From NCBI GenBank assembly GCA_037444665.1, contig JBBILZ010000003.1:18073-82072 (forward strand): DNA of 64,000 nucleotides, in the 5' to 3' direction. Shown in pieces: positions 8,452-18,242 of the stretch. Origin of the DNA: a candidate division WOR-3 bacterium. Lineage in GTDB: Bacteria; Hydrothermota; Tepidihabitantia; SM23-42; JAOAFX01. Positions within the stretch are counted from its first letter, which is position 1. Each line of letters starts with the position of its first letter. The translations under genes were made by a program, and so were the position numbers. Under the pieces are notes generated by a model, which was not told where the DNA came from, ran no database searches, and saw only the letters and a list, made by a program, of their open reading frames with translations.

Positions 8452-11130
8452 TTACTCTCCCAGTTCTTTTAACATACTCTGGGCACTTGTATCAGCAGGA
8501 TTAATCGTCAACCACTGACGAATAATCTTTTTTGCTGATGCTGTATCATTTTTATCAAGATAGGTTGAAAGCAGAGCCATATAACCCTGGGCATTGCGCG
8601 GATAAGCAGTAACAAGGTTTTGAAAGTACTCAATCGCCTTATCATATCGTTCCATTGTCCGATAGATCATACCAATCCTTAAAAGAGTTTGCGGGTCATT
8701 ACTCTTAATCTGTGAAAGCATTACATCTGCTGAATCATACATACCGAGCTGGGCATAAAGAAGACCGAGGTTAAAGATAAATGGGAATCTCTGTCCGATT
8801 TCAAACATCATTGCAAAACGCCAGGCATTTATCGTTCCTTCAATATCACCCTTTTGCTGGAGCGCCAGGCCTAAATTGAATAATCCTAATGCATAGTTAC
8901 TATAAAGCCTTTCTGTATTATCATCCTTAACAACCTTGAAATCAAATTCACCCTTTTTCCGTTTTTCAAAATCAATGATTACCCTGGACAGAAAATTTAT
9001 ATTTTCAGGGGCAAATACACCACGATAGCGGAATCTATTGTAAAACATATCTCTTGTCTTTTCTATATCAACATTATAAGGCGTTTCCATGCTATCACCA
9101 GTAACGCGATAAACAAGCCCTTCCAGGAGCAGATACGGGTCAAGCCCTGAATAATTTTCTGGTGAAACAGTAGATGCAAAATAGATGGGCCTTTTGCCTT
9201 TGTATCCTTTCAGATATTTCTGGGCAAAATCTTTCAGGGGTATGAAATAATCATTCTGTTTCAATTCTATGCCGGCATTTGTTGCAATAATATGCCTGAT
9301 CATAATGTCCTTTACATAGATTATTCTTCTATCAGGCGTCATCTGCGGAGTTAATCTCTTTATCACCCATTCGCTAAAACTTATGGGCACGCCCCAGTAT
9401 TTTAGATGGCGGATATACCAATCAGTATTGATTAGTGAAAGATTTGCTACAATCACATCCCGACGCACACCCAAAACTTCCTGGGCAAACCATAAAGGAA
9501 ATGTATCATTATCACCATTGGTAAAGATAACACCATCCTTATCACAGGAGATGAGCATATTTATTCCGTAATCCTTGGGGATAAAATTACCATAACGATT
9601 ATTTAAATGAAGATTTGTAAAGAAAGGAATAATCCCGAATACAATGATTCCTGCCGGTGCACCAATCTTTGCAAAACGATTATTCTTACTCTCCTTCTTT
9701 GCCCAGGTAGCAAATGCGTAAAATCCCATACCAACGAGCAATCCCCAATAGATATCTGTAGTATGGAAGAAATAATCACGCTCTCTTACTTCTCTTTCCT
9801 GGTGTTTGGGATTTGAATCGCTCGGCGAAAACTTTAAATTGAGATAACCAATCATTGCAAAGGAGAGCATAAACATAATAAACATTAGAAAGATAAAAAG
9901 TTTCTTTTCCCGGCGAAAGAGTTCCCATATTCCCCATATCCCGGCACCATAAAATATCGTCAGTAATATCCCGCGCAAAAATCTATTCACACTTTCAGGT
10001 GCAATCTGCCATGATAAATATCTGATAAACAATGCAACCTGCCAGAAATATCCTTCTATTACACTGTACCCGGTCTTTTCCTGTGTTTTGCGGGGAAGCA
10101 TATACTGTGGCCCATACTGACGTCTGTGCAATGCATCGTCAAAAGCCTTAAAACTCTCGCCAGGTTCGCATTCATTAATTCTTGGTGCAATATTCTCTCC
10201 CTTGAGATACCGTTCCTGTGCTACTCTGTTTTTATACAGTTCAGTCAAGCTCTTTGACCGTATTGGTAAATACAATTCTGTTGAAATACCCACAATCACA
10301 AGAACTATGGTTGCCCAGAAAAATAACCAGTTAGCATATTTTCTTGGATTATTCAAGGGCAGGACAATGCCTGCAAGGCATATAATTCCAAGCAGAATGA
10401 GCCCGAGTTTATAAAGATTCTCTGGAAAGATGAAAATCAATAAGAAAAAGATTAACTGAAATAGTCCTGATAATATTATTAACCAATCCCTTAGATAACG
10501 GCGTTCAATAATAAAAATAAATAGATAAGTTGGAATGAAGATCAAAAACGGTGTGAGATGTATACCTGAAGATAAAAATATGAGATAAGAAGAAAGGAGT
10601 AAATAAGAATGCCTGGGCTGACCATTCTTCACACCCTCATACCAGAGTAAGGTCAGATAATTGACCAGCAAGAAGACCGTGGATGCTGCAGCATAAACCT
10701 CGGTCTCAATTGCATTTTCCCAGACCGTATAAAAAAATCCGACCATCAGGGTAGAACCAAAGGCAACAAGTATCTGAGTAAGTCTATCTTCATCCCTGGA
10801 CCATAATTTAAATATTTTTAAGAGCATGCGATAAAAAAGAAATGCATTTAATAGACTAAAGGTAATCGCAATAAGGTTCATATGCCAGGCAACCTCTTTT
10901 GAAACCGGCAAAATACTGGCAAACAAACCAATAATCATCAACCATACCCTGCCCAGTACTACATAAAATGGTGTGCCTGGTGGATGGGGCACTGCCAGGG
11001 TATATGACGAAGCAATAAACTCTCCACAATCCCAGAAAGAAAGTGTTGGGGCAACTGTATATAAATAGACAATGCCCACAAAAATTAAAATAACATAAAG
11101 AAGAACCCTTTCTAATCTCTTATATTCCAT
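8452..11130 (-). CDS. DUF2723 membrane glycosyltransferase-like protein with TPR tail, paralog B
   Basis: Colinear with 4271..6958 and shares the same TVAPTLSFWDCGEFIASSYTLAVPHPPGTPFYV and NGDNDTFPLW...INTDWYIRHLKYWGVPISF blocks. Confidence 0.8.
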   Translation of the reverse strand: MEYKRLERVLLYVILIFVGIVYLYTVAPTLSFWDCGEFIASSYTLAVPHPPGTPFYVVLGRVWLMIIGLFASILPVSKEVAWHMNLIAITFSLLNAFLFYRMLLKIFKLWSRDEDRLTQILVAFGSTLMVGFFYTVWENAIETEVYAAASTVFLLVNYLTLLWYEGVKNGQPRHSYLLLSSYLIFLSSGIHLTPFLIFIPTYLFIFIIERRYLRDWLIILSGLFQLIFFLLIFIFPENLYKLGLILLGIICLAGIVLPLNNPRKYANWLFFWATIVLVIVGISTELYLPIRSKSLTELYKNRVAQERYLKGENIAPRINECEPGESFKAFDDALHRRQYGPQYMLPRKTQEKTGYSVIEGYFWQVALFIRYLSWQIAPESVNRFLRGILLTIFYGAGIWGIWELFRREKKLFIFLMFIMFMLSFAMIGYLNLKFSPSDSNPKHQEREVRERDYFFHTTDIYWGLLVGMGFYAFATWAKKESKNNRFAKIGAPAGIIVFGIIPFFTNLHLNNRYGNFIPKDYGINMLISCDKDGVIFTNGDNDTFPLWFAQEVLGVRRDVIVANLSLINTDWYIRHLKYWGVPISFSEWVIKRLTPQMTPDRRIIYVKDIMIRHIIATNAGIELKQNDYFIPLKDFAQKYLKGYKGKRPIYFASTVSPENYSGLDPYLLLEGLVYRVTGDSMETPYNVDIEKTRDMFYNRFRYRGVFAPENINFLSRVIIDFEKRKKGEFDFKVVKDDNTERLYSNYALGLFNLGLALQQKGDIEGTINAWRFAMMFEIGQRFPFIFNLGLLYAQLGMYDSADVMLSQIKSNDPQTLLRIGMIYRTMERYDKAIEYFQNLVTAYPRNAQGYMALLSTYLDKNDTASAKKIIRQWLTINPADTSAQSMLKELGE

Positions 11131-11250
11131 TAAAACCTCCAGATTTCAATGATAATCAAAAGTTTACTAATGTCAAGTATTGACCTGCCTGATGAATCGG
11201 GCAACTACAATTGGGAAAGACAATTAATGAACTGCCAGATTATAGACCAG

Positions 11251-11278
11251 TTGACCCGCTGTGAATTTAGGATATAAT
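11251..11278 (+). promoter_or_regulatory. Sigma70-type promoter; the mRNA is probably leaderless
   Basis: TTGACC (11251-56), a 16-nt spacer, then TATAAT (11273-78). Only 5 nt separate the -10 box from the ATG at 11284, and there is no SD sequence. Confidence 0.6.
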
Positions 11279-11283
11279 AATTT

Positions 11284-12051
11284 ATGAAAAGCAGTAGAGA
11301 TACCTGGGACAGTTTCTGGGCAAAAAAACAACCTCAAATGATTTATCCTCCAGTAACAGATATTATAAAAGAACTCCAGAAATTTATTGATGTGCGGAAT
11401 AAAAAGATTCTTGAGACCGGTGCCGGAACTGGTCGGGATGGTATAAAACTTTCAAGAATGGGCGCAGATGTATGGCTCCTTGACTATTCAGAGATGAGCC
11501 TAAAATTAGCCAGACAATACCTGAATAATATGGGCGAAGTCAAACTCGTAATGGCAGATGCCTTACAAACACCTTTTAAAGACGAGTCCTTTGATATTGT
11601 ATTTCATCAGGGCTTGCTTGAACATTTTAAAGACCCGGGCAAATTAATAAAAGAGAACTGCCGCATCTTAAAAAAAGGAGGGATTCTGCTTGTGGATGTA
11701 CCACAGACATTTCATCTCTATACAATGATTAAACATATCTTAATGCTTTTTAGATTGTGGTTTGCGGGCTGGGAAAGGCAGTTTACAATAGGCTCGCTTG
11801 CCCAGATATTAAAAAATCATAATTTAGAACCAGTATACTTTTATGGTGATTGGTCGCGGCCCGGCATTGTATACAAAATTATCCGTGAAATACTTTTGCG
11901 ATTCAAAATTTCATTGCCTATGTATCCACGATATTTTGGCAATCTAACAAAATTTTTTTATGGTCTCCAGGGAAAACTCTCCCGGAAAAAACTCTTTTTG
12001 TATACAGTCCTTTCCATTGGCATAATCGCCAGAAAAAAAATAATTGGTTAA
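11284..12051 (+). CDS. Class I SAM-dependent methyltransferase
   Basis: Motif I ILETGAGTGRDG, an acidic post-I motif LLDYS, and the typical FDIVFHQGLLEH...LKKGG pattern. Confidence 0.8.
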   Translation: MKSSRDTWDSFWAKKQPQMIYPPVTDIIKELQKFIDVRNKKILETGAGTGRDGIKLSRMGADVWLLDYSEMSLKLARQYLNNMGEVKLVMADALQTPFKDESFDIVFHQGLLEHFKDPGKLIKENCRILKKGGILLVDVPQTFHLYTMIKHILMLFRLWFAGWERQFTIGSLAQILKNHNLEPVYFYGDWSRPGIVYKIIREILLRFKISLPMYPRYFGNLTKFFYGLQGKLSRKKLFLYTVLSIGIIARKKIIG

Positions 12052-12200
12052 TTGGGGTCAGCTCTTCACACTTCACAACCTCACTTCTTGATACTGGATA
12101 CTTGATACTCCATTCTTGATACAGGATTTTTCTGGTCTTTCTCGTCTGTTTAGTTTCTTTAGTCTTTTTGGTTTTATTATTCCCGTTATATTCCCTGATT

Positions 12201-12267
12201 CCCCTTGATAACCCTTTATCACCCTTTCAATTATGGATGATACTGCAAGCGAAGCGATACTGCCTCT
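12201..12267 (+). repeat. Dispersed ~67-nt repeat, copy A (the second copy is at 18638..18704)
   Basis: Copy A reads ccccttgataaccctttatcaccctttcaattatggatgatactgcaagcgaagcgatactgcctct. Copy B reads ccccttgataaccctttattacccttttcattatggacgctcctgcaagcgaagcgatactgcctct. Identity is roughly 88% by eye. Confidence 0.7.
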
Positions 12268-12552
12268 TTTTGCCCTTTAGCCTTCTTTAACCCTTTTCCG
12301 CCCTTTATGCCTCCAACTGCCCACAATTGCCTTTCCCCTTAATTCCCCCTTATTTCCCTCGATAACCCCTGATTCCCCTTGTTTACGAAATGGGCTTCGT
12401 AACCGTTAAACGATTAACGATCTTTTCAGGGGTATCCCCCTGATGTATCTTGTTCCCAAAGTTAAATGATACAATTTTAAGCAGTAGAGCAAAGAACTTA
12501 ATATGTGATGATTTTTATAATGGTTAAACTTTTAAAATAATACCGGGCAATT

Positions 12553-12660
12553 ATGGAATTAAAAAGACTTTCCGGGATTCAGTTTGATAAGGATGTGGTA
12601 AAAATATTTTTGAAATCCCTCAAAAATTTATGGCGTTATAATGGAGAAGTTGTATCATAA
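12553..12660 (+). pseudogene. Remnant of the C-terminus of an HD/HD-GYP-type phosphohydrolase gene
   Basis: A 35-codon ORF, MELKRLSGIQFDKDVVKIFLKSLKNLWRYNGEVVS. The ...SG.QFD..VV..FL... string is the usual C-terminal end of HD-GYP domains. The catalytic part is not present upstream. Confidence 0.35.
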
Positions 12661-12680
12661 TGTCATTTTTATTATTTTAT

Positions 12681-12708
12681 CATTCCATTATTATATAATA
12701 ATGGAATG
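12681..12708. repeat. Perfect 28-bp palindrome
   Basis: cattccattattatataataatggaatg equals its own reverse complement. It is followed by one more atggaatg unit. Confidence 0.9.
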
Positions 12709-13201
12709 ATGGAATGTAGTAATGTATTAGACCATAAGCAACCCCAATTACAATGATTACAACAATAACAGGTAAGATTACAGTAATTTTTACTATCTGC
12801 CATCATTGTTATCATCTTTTATATTTTATTGTTATTATCATTATTATTCAAATTCTAAAAGATAATAAAGTCATAGTCCGTCAATCTGGTAATTCTCGGA
12901 TTGACGGAGTATCAATTTGATCTGGTGAAGTGATACAGTAGTATCCATCCCTGGCTTGCGCCAGGGTATGCTTTAGATGGAGGATTTTGTTATGCAACAA
13001 CAAATTCGAAATCCGAAACAAATTGTTAAAAGGTTAAATATTTAACCATCCACCAATTACCATTTAACCAAATTGACGATACGGGCAGCGAAACCATCTA
13101 ACAATTAATGACTTCTTCAGGTTTTTTATATCTCTGTGGTAGCGTCCAGTTTTAACTGGACGAAAGAGAAAAATCTCGTCCATTTATCCAAAATAATCCC
13201 T

Positions 13202-14767
13202 TTACCTCACAATCAATAACTTCTCAGCCTTTCTCTCTTTTTCACCTTCCAGGATTAAGAAGTAAATGCCAGGATTCAGATCAGACGAATCAAAGTTGTA
13301 GTAATATGTAGCCGGTTCAAAAATACCTTGGGCAATAGATATAACCTCTCTGCCGAGAATATCGTAGAGTGCCAAACTGATGTGCTCTCTCTTTTCAAGG
13401 GCATAATGGATAAGGGCATTTCTTGTAATAATATTTGGCAGGACATTTAGTTTCAGCCCTTTATTTTTAAGGGCAATGCCGTCCTTATCCTCCTCAATGC
13501 CAGTCGGATTGAGGCTGATAACAGTAAAATCACCACCAGTAATGCTGTCTCCAGTTTGGCCTGCAGCATAGATATTGCCGTCAAGGCCATAAACAACCGA
13601 CGATGCTTCCCCTCCTCCCATTGACCATCTCTTGTAATTATAAATCCATTGAATCGCCCCTGAATCATTGAATTTATAAATAGTGAAGGCATAATCACCT
13701 GCGCTATCAGGAGCCACACCAGCTGCATAAATATTTCTATTGTTTTCTGCAATATCTCTAGCATAACTCCAACTTGTATCAATGTAGTTCCATCTAAATG
13801 TGCCGGAATCAGAGACACTTTCCACAAGAAGAAGAGGAATATCCCAACCATAAGCACCAGCAGTATAAAGATTCCCATCATCATCATATACACCACGATT
13901 AAAACCGCTCGGGTCAGCAGGACTTATATATGCCCAGCGTTCGGCACCAGAGGAATTAAGAGAAATCACAAGCCCCTGACTAAAGACATAACCAGGACCC
14001 CAAAGATAACAGGTGCTGCCGAAGATATAGAGATTACTATCTTGTCCATAAATAATACATTCACCATAATCATAAATGCCACCAGGACCATTATAAAGAT
14101 AAACCCATCTCTCAGAGCCAGATGGCGTAAGTGAGATTACTGTAACATCTGTATTCCATACCGGACCAGTGTATCCAGCGACATAAATATTTCCATCAGG
14201 ACCATAAGTGATTGAACGACCTGGGTCCGACTCACTTGAAGGGGTGCTATAAATATATGTCCAGCGCTCATTCCCATTACTATCAAGGCTCACAACCGAA
14301 ATCTTGCCCTGGGTATGCCCCACTGCGTAAATATTTCCATCATTTCCATAACATATCTCATTTGCATTACTTGTTCCAGGATACCGGTAAACCCAGCGCT
14401 CGTCTCCAGAAGCAGTAAGGCTAATTACCGTAAACTTCTGTGAAGAAGTATAGGAACCACCAGCCACATAAATATAACCATCAGCACCATAGCAGATTGA
14501 ATGGGCTTCCTGACTATCCGGGTGTTGGTATATCCACCGCTCATTCCCAAAGTTATCAAGGCTGATAACCGTTAAACCCTGGTTAATGCTATCATTCCAG
14601 GTATAGCCACCAGCATATAAATTCCCATCAGAACCGTAAACAAGGCAATACGCAACATCAGTTTTGTAAGAATTACTACCACTATACCTATAAACCCACC
14701 TCTCAATCTGACCGAAGCAAATCGTTGAAAGGAAAGAGAGTAAAATAATGATTCTTGCCATAGCCAC
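13202..14767 (-). CDS. Secreted beta-propeller repeat protein with T9SS C-terminal sorting domain
   Basis: Signal peptide MAMARIIILLSFLSTICFGQ. About eight repeats of the form ...G(N/S/D/A)ERW(V/I/T/A)Y.Y......a..i.yG.DGN(I/L)Y(V/A)(A/G)G. C-terminal ...PGIYFLILEGEKERKAEKLLIVR. Confidence 0.75.
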   Translation of the reverse strand: MAMARIIILLSFLSTICFGQIERWVYRYSGSNSYKTDVAYCLVYGSDGNLYAGGYTWNDSINQGLTVISLDNFGNERWIYQHPDSQEAHSICYGADGYIYVAGGSYTSSQKFTVISLTASGDERWVYRYPGTSNANEICYGNDGNIYAVGHTQGKISVVSLDSNGNERWTYIYSTPSSESDPGRSITYGPDGNIYVAGYTGPVWNTDVTVISLTPSGSERWVYLYNGPGGIYDYGECIIYGQDSNLYIFGSTCYLWGPGYVFSQGLVISLNSSGAERWAYISPADPSGFNRGVYDDDGNLYTAGAYGWDIPLLLVESVSDSGTFRWNYIDTSWSYARDIAENNRNIYAAGVAPDSAGDYAFTIYKFNDSGAIQWIYNYKRWSMGGGEASSVVYGLDGNIYAAGQTGDSITGGDFTVISLNPTGIEEDKDGIALKNKGLKLNVLPNIITRNALIHYALEKREHISLALYDILGREVISIAQGIFEPATYYYNFDSSDLNPGIYFLILEGEKERKAEKLLIVR

Positions 14768-14813
14768 CTCCTCGCGGGGCTCTCAATGAAATTGAGAGCC
14801 CCCTTTTCAATTT

Positions 14814-15686
14814 TTATTTCAGAATTACTACTTTTTGAGTAAACGCCTCTGTTTGATTATCCAGGCGAATGAAGTAGACACCTTCACTCAATTTTCTCCC
14901 GGTTTCATCGGTTCCATCCCAAGTGAGTCTGTAGCATCCCTGCTCAAAGTTTCCATTTATGAATGATTTCACCTTCCGCCCGGTAATGTCATAAAGTGTG
15001 AGATTCGTAATTCCGGGAGAGTTAATCTGATAATAGATTTCCGCATTATCCCTCATAGGATTTGGCTTTATAGCAAGTTGTTCACCATTATTCCCAATAT
15101 TTACAACTTCCTGCTCTTGTGGACCGCTCTGCCCTTTTGGCTCTTGATAGATTACAATACTACTCAAAACCGCAAGTTCACCCTGCATTATCTCATCAGT
15201 GATTACAATTTCACCATCTTTAATAAATGCCTCAGGTATTATCCCTTCAACCACAGTCAATTCATCAGGATTCACCCAGACATTCCTTGTCCAGCCATTG
15301 TCAATCCTTATCTTCAATTTCTGCCTGCTGTTGAACTCGTGATAAAGAATAAACTTTATCCGATACTTAAAGCCGTCTTCAAATCCAGTAACCCGATAGA
15401 CGAGTTTTGTAGAATCATAGTCTACTGTCTTGTAGTCCTCAAGTCCATAGATAATAAAACCATCCCTTTCAATCGTATATTGTGATGGAATCTCGCTACC
15501 AAGCTCAATATAAAAGAAGAGCATTGGCTCGGGCAATAGTCGCTTAGCCTTACGCACCTCATAAAGCACACCATCATCCTCACACCAGATTGTAACAAGA
15601 TACCGGTTTGGTAAAGGAGGACCACTTGCAATTGTGACCTGGGGGGCATTTGAGGTATTGGGGGTGTTTGAGATATTCTCTGGCAT
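14814..15686 (-). CDS. ORF carrying a T9SS C-terminal sorting domain but no signal peptide; possibly the C-terminal part of 15690..18242
   Basis: It ends ...LYDITGRKVKSF...WDGTDETGRKLSEGVYFIRLDNQTEAFTQKVVILK. The N-terminus MPENISNTPNTSNAPQ is hydrophilic. The ATG is in the same frame as the upstream ORF, only one codon after that ORF's TGA, and it has no spaced SD. Confidence 0.55.
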   Translation of the reverse strand: MPENISNTPNTSNAPQVTIASGPPLPNRYLVTIWCEDDGVLYEVRKAKRLLPEPMLFFYIELGSEIPSQYTIERDGFIIYGLEDYKTVDYDSTKLVYRVTGFEDGFKYRIKFILYHEFNSRQKLKIRIDNGWTRNVWVNPDELTVVEGIIPEAFIKDGEIVITDEIMQGELAVLSSIVIYQEPKGQSGPQEQEVVNIGNNGEQLAIKPNPMRDNAEIYYQINSPGITNLTLYDITGRKVKSFINGNFEQGCYRLTWDGTDETGRKLSEGVYFIRLDNQTEAFTQKVVILK

Positions 15687-15689
15687 TCC

Positions 15690-18242
15690 TCAGGTTCCAG
15701 CTTCATAATTCCAGGCACTATGATAAATTTCAACATTTCCATCGGGTATTTCAAATTCGGTCCAGACAATATGGTCTCCATTGATTGTCTGGGGCAATTT
15801 GGAATATACTGGTGAAGAAGTCACCCATTGTGGTGGTAACCATAAGCCTGTCCCGAGGTCACGCCGCATATGTCTGATATTGGATATTCTATCTGATGGC
15901 ACAATCGGCTCCTCAACCCAGACAATATGTAGCCAGTTATTTTTAATTTCAATAGATGGGGTATAGGATTGTTCATAGGAGTTTGATACATTTCTAATTT
16001 CAGCCCACTGTTCACCCTCTTTTTGCCGATAATAGATTTCACCCTGTTTCTGCCAGACAACATGGGGATTATTCTCTGCATCTACAGCAATTGAAGGATA
16101 CTGGCATCGGACCGTCATATAATCAGAGTCCACAAGTTCCCAGGCAACATTCAGCTGATTGGGATTGAGTTTACCATAAAGAATCAAACTGAATGCACCG
16201 TTCGCATAGATATACTTCTCAAAAACAATATGTCCAAAGCCCTGATTATCAATTACGAATGATGGAGTCTCGCAGTAGTATGCCTCCCAGCCCGGCTGGA
16301 CTGGTTCGTAGAGTGCATATTTAGGCCAGGTGTAGTAGTTCTGCCTTCTTGCCCAGAAGAGTGTATCCTTATTCACCCAGACGATATTAGGAACATTATT
16401 ATTATCAAGAGCAATTGCTGGCGATTTTCCCCTGCCTACTGGATATGCTGGCTCCCAGGCCATTGTTCCCAGTTTTGTCTTTGTAAAATAGACATAGCCA
16501 CCAGCCTCATAGATAATATAAAGATTGCCTGCAGCATCAGAGACGATATGCCTTGCATTATTATAAGATGTTGCAGTTGGAACATCACTCTGGACATAAT
16601 TCAAGAGAATATCAGCACGCAAAATCCTATTATCATTCAGGTCAGGATGGATATTCCTTAAGGCAAAATGGGAATGAATCCATTCAGGATAGATTGGTCC
16701 ATGCCAGATGTCATAGAAATTTGTTGATGGATTTGTGAATGCGTCAAACCTTGTATATTCTGGTGGGTCCCAGAAACCACCAGCACTACCATAGCCACGC
16801 CAGTTAGGGTCACCAATTGGTGGCCAGACACCTTCATCATGGCCTGTGAATGTCTTTATACCCATATCAAGGCTGTCAAAGCCAAAAATCGGGTCTGGTG
16901 ATATGGGCCAGTAGGTTCTTTTATTATTAACAGTTGCTGAATCCCATTGATACATCCCGGTTGCATACTCCAATCTTAGTGGACGCTTTCGTCTGGTATT
17001 GGGCCAACCCCATGTAGTATTCCGCTGGGTAGCATGCCAGATTAGAAGACCGGAATCAGGGAAGTTAAATTCATAAGGTGTAAGGCATTGGTGGTTGGCG
17101 ATGAGAAAGGTCTGGGTGTCAGCTGGTGAAATTCCCGGCATCTGGGTCGGTCTGATTCTGAGGACTTCGCCATTATATGTTTCTCTTAACGGCATAATGG
17201 GATAATTTAATTGTGTCTGTGTTATTTCTGTAGGTAAGAGCCAGGGTTGGTTTGTATATCTATCTTTGGTTTCGTAACGCCACTGGGGGTTTAATGGTGA
17301 GGGCATTGCATCTGCCCAGGCATGGAATCGTGCAAAACCACAACCCCAATGTCCACAGAATGAACCTGTATTGTAGTGCTCACCATAGGTATCGGGCCAG
17401 CCACAAGAATGACCATATTCGTGGATATTCATTCCTACATGAGAGGTATGATTCCATGCATCACCGCGAAGTGCCCACTGCACTTTGACATAGACTGGTT
17501 CCCCATTAGCATTTACATCATTAGTAGGAATAGGGGGGTAGCCGCCTGGCCAGAATATTCCACTTCCTCCTCCTGGCCACAGGCAGAGCATTACAACCCA
17601 GACATACTGGCTAGTCCCCGCATACTGTCCAAAATCTATTTCTGGGTCAGCCACCTGTATTGCTGCTTCTGAATACGGACCCCATTTCCATCGTTCTCCG
17701 ATAGCATGTCCAGGAGTATCATAATTTACTTGGAAACAATAATACCATTGACTTCCAGGATCCCAGTGTGCCTGTGGATAGGCATGGATTATTTGTTCTC
17801 CAAATGACATCTCTTTATACCATCGCGTAATGCTAAATTGGGTTGGGCAGTTTATATCCCAGATGCTCTGCCAGAAATCTGGGACCGGTTGAGGAGGTGG
17901 AGGATTACCAAGGTATGTTCCTTGAGTATAGAGCACTACAAGCGTTTCTGGCCCAGCAATCCCTAAAGGTGGTAACTCGCCTATGATTGTGTCTCCATAC
18001 CAGATGAATTCTTGTCTTGTGAGCCAATTAAGATAACTCGTGTCCGTTGTTGCGGACATCCCTACTCCTTTTACCCTATCATAACCATTCTCAACACTGA
18101 ATTCAAATTGAGAAGGGTCAAAGGATAGGGTATATGGACCTTGAGCAAATAGGATGCTCAAAAGTCCGATAAATAGATAGATAGATAGTCTTAGCCATTT
18201 TTCCTCCTGTTTACTGTTTTTGCTTTTTCCCTGATTACTCAA
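15690..18242 (-). CDS. Secreted M6 (immune inhibitor A-like) zinc metalloprotease domain protein
   Basis: TTG start with GGAG upstream, and a signal peptide ...LSIYLFIGLLSILFAQG. The zinc motif NIHEYGHSCGWPDTYGE fits the HExxH..G.PD.Y pattern of the M6 family. There is no C-terminal sorting domain before the TGA at 15692..15690. Confidence 0.65.
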   Translation of the reverse strand: MSNQGKSKNSKQEEKWLRLSIYLFIGLLSILFAQGPYTLSFDPSQFEFSVENGYDRVKGVGMSATTDTSYLNWLTRQEFIWYGDTIIGELPPLGIAGPETLVVLYTQGTYLGNPPPPQPVPDFWQSIWDINCPTQFSITRWYKEMSFGEQIIHAYPQAHWDPGSQWYYCFQVNYDTPGHAIGERWKWGPYSEAAIQVADPEIDFGQYAGTSQYVWVVMLCLWPGGGSGIFWPGGYPPIPTNDVNANGEPVYVKVQWALRGDAWNHTSHVGMNIHEYGHSCGWPDTYGEHYNTGSFCGHWGCGFARFHAWADAMPSPLNPQWRYETKDRYTNQPWLLPTEITQTQLNYPIMPLRETYNGEVLRIRPTQMPGISPADTQTFLIANHQCLTPYEFNFPDSGLLIWHATQRNTTWGWPNTRRKRPLRLEYATGMYQWDSATVNNKRTYWPISPDPIFGFDSLDMGIKTFTGHDEGVWPPIGDPNWRGYGSAGGFWDPPEYTRFDAFTNPSTNFYDIWHGPIYPEWIHSHFALRNIHPDLNDNRILRADILLNYVQSDVPTATSYNNARHIVSDAAGNLYIIYEAGGYVYFTKTKLGTMAWEPAYPVGRGKSPAIALDNNNVPNIVWVNKDTLFWARRQNYYTWPKYALYEPVQPGWEAYYCETPSFVIDNQGFGHIVFEKYIYANGAFSLILYGKLNPNQLNVAWELVDSDYMTVRCQYPSIAVDAENNPHVVWQKQGEIYYRQKEGEQWAEIRNVSNSYEQSYTPSIEIKNNWLHIVWVEEPIVPSDRISNIRHMRRDLGTGLWLPPQWVTSSPVYSKLPQTINGDHIVWTEFEIPDGNVEIYHSAWNYEAGT

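Noticed and set aside
13453-13896. Nested or antisense ORFs inside long genes (13453..13896, 15078..15485, 15422..15781, 20081..20581, 47557..48006, 8023..8472, 56976..57215, 58013..58210 and others).
   Set aside because: Each lies fully within a longer ORF that has clear family motifs or repeat structure. None has independent start signals or recognisable motifs.
14776-14802. The 12-bp perfect hairpin ggggctctcaat-gaa-attgagagcccc between 14814 and 14767, considered as an intrinsic terminator.
   Set aside because: On the transcribed (minus) strand it is followed by GCGAGGAGG (the RBS of the next gene), not a U-run. The T-run is on the non-coding strand. It may be a processing or stability element, but a terminator call is not supported.
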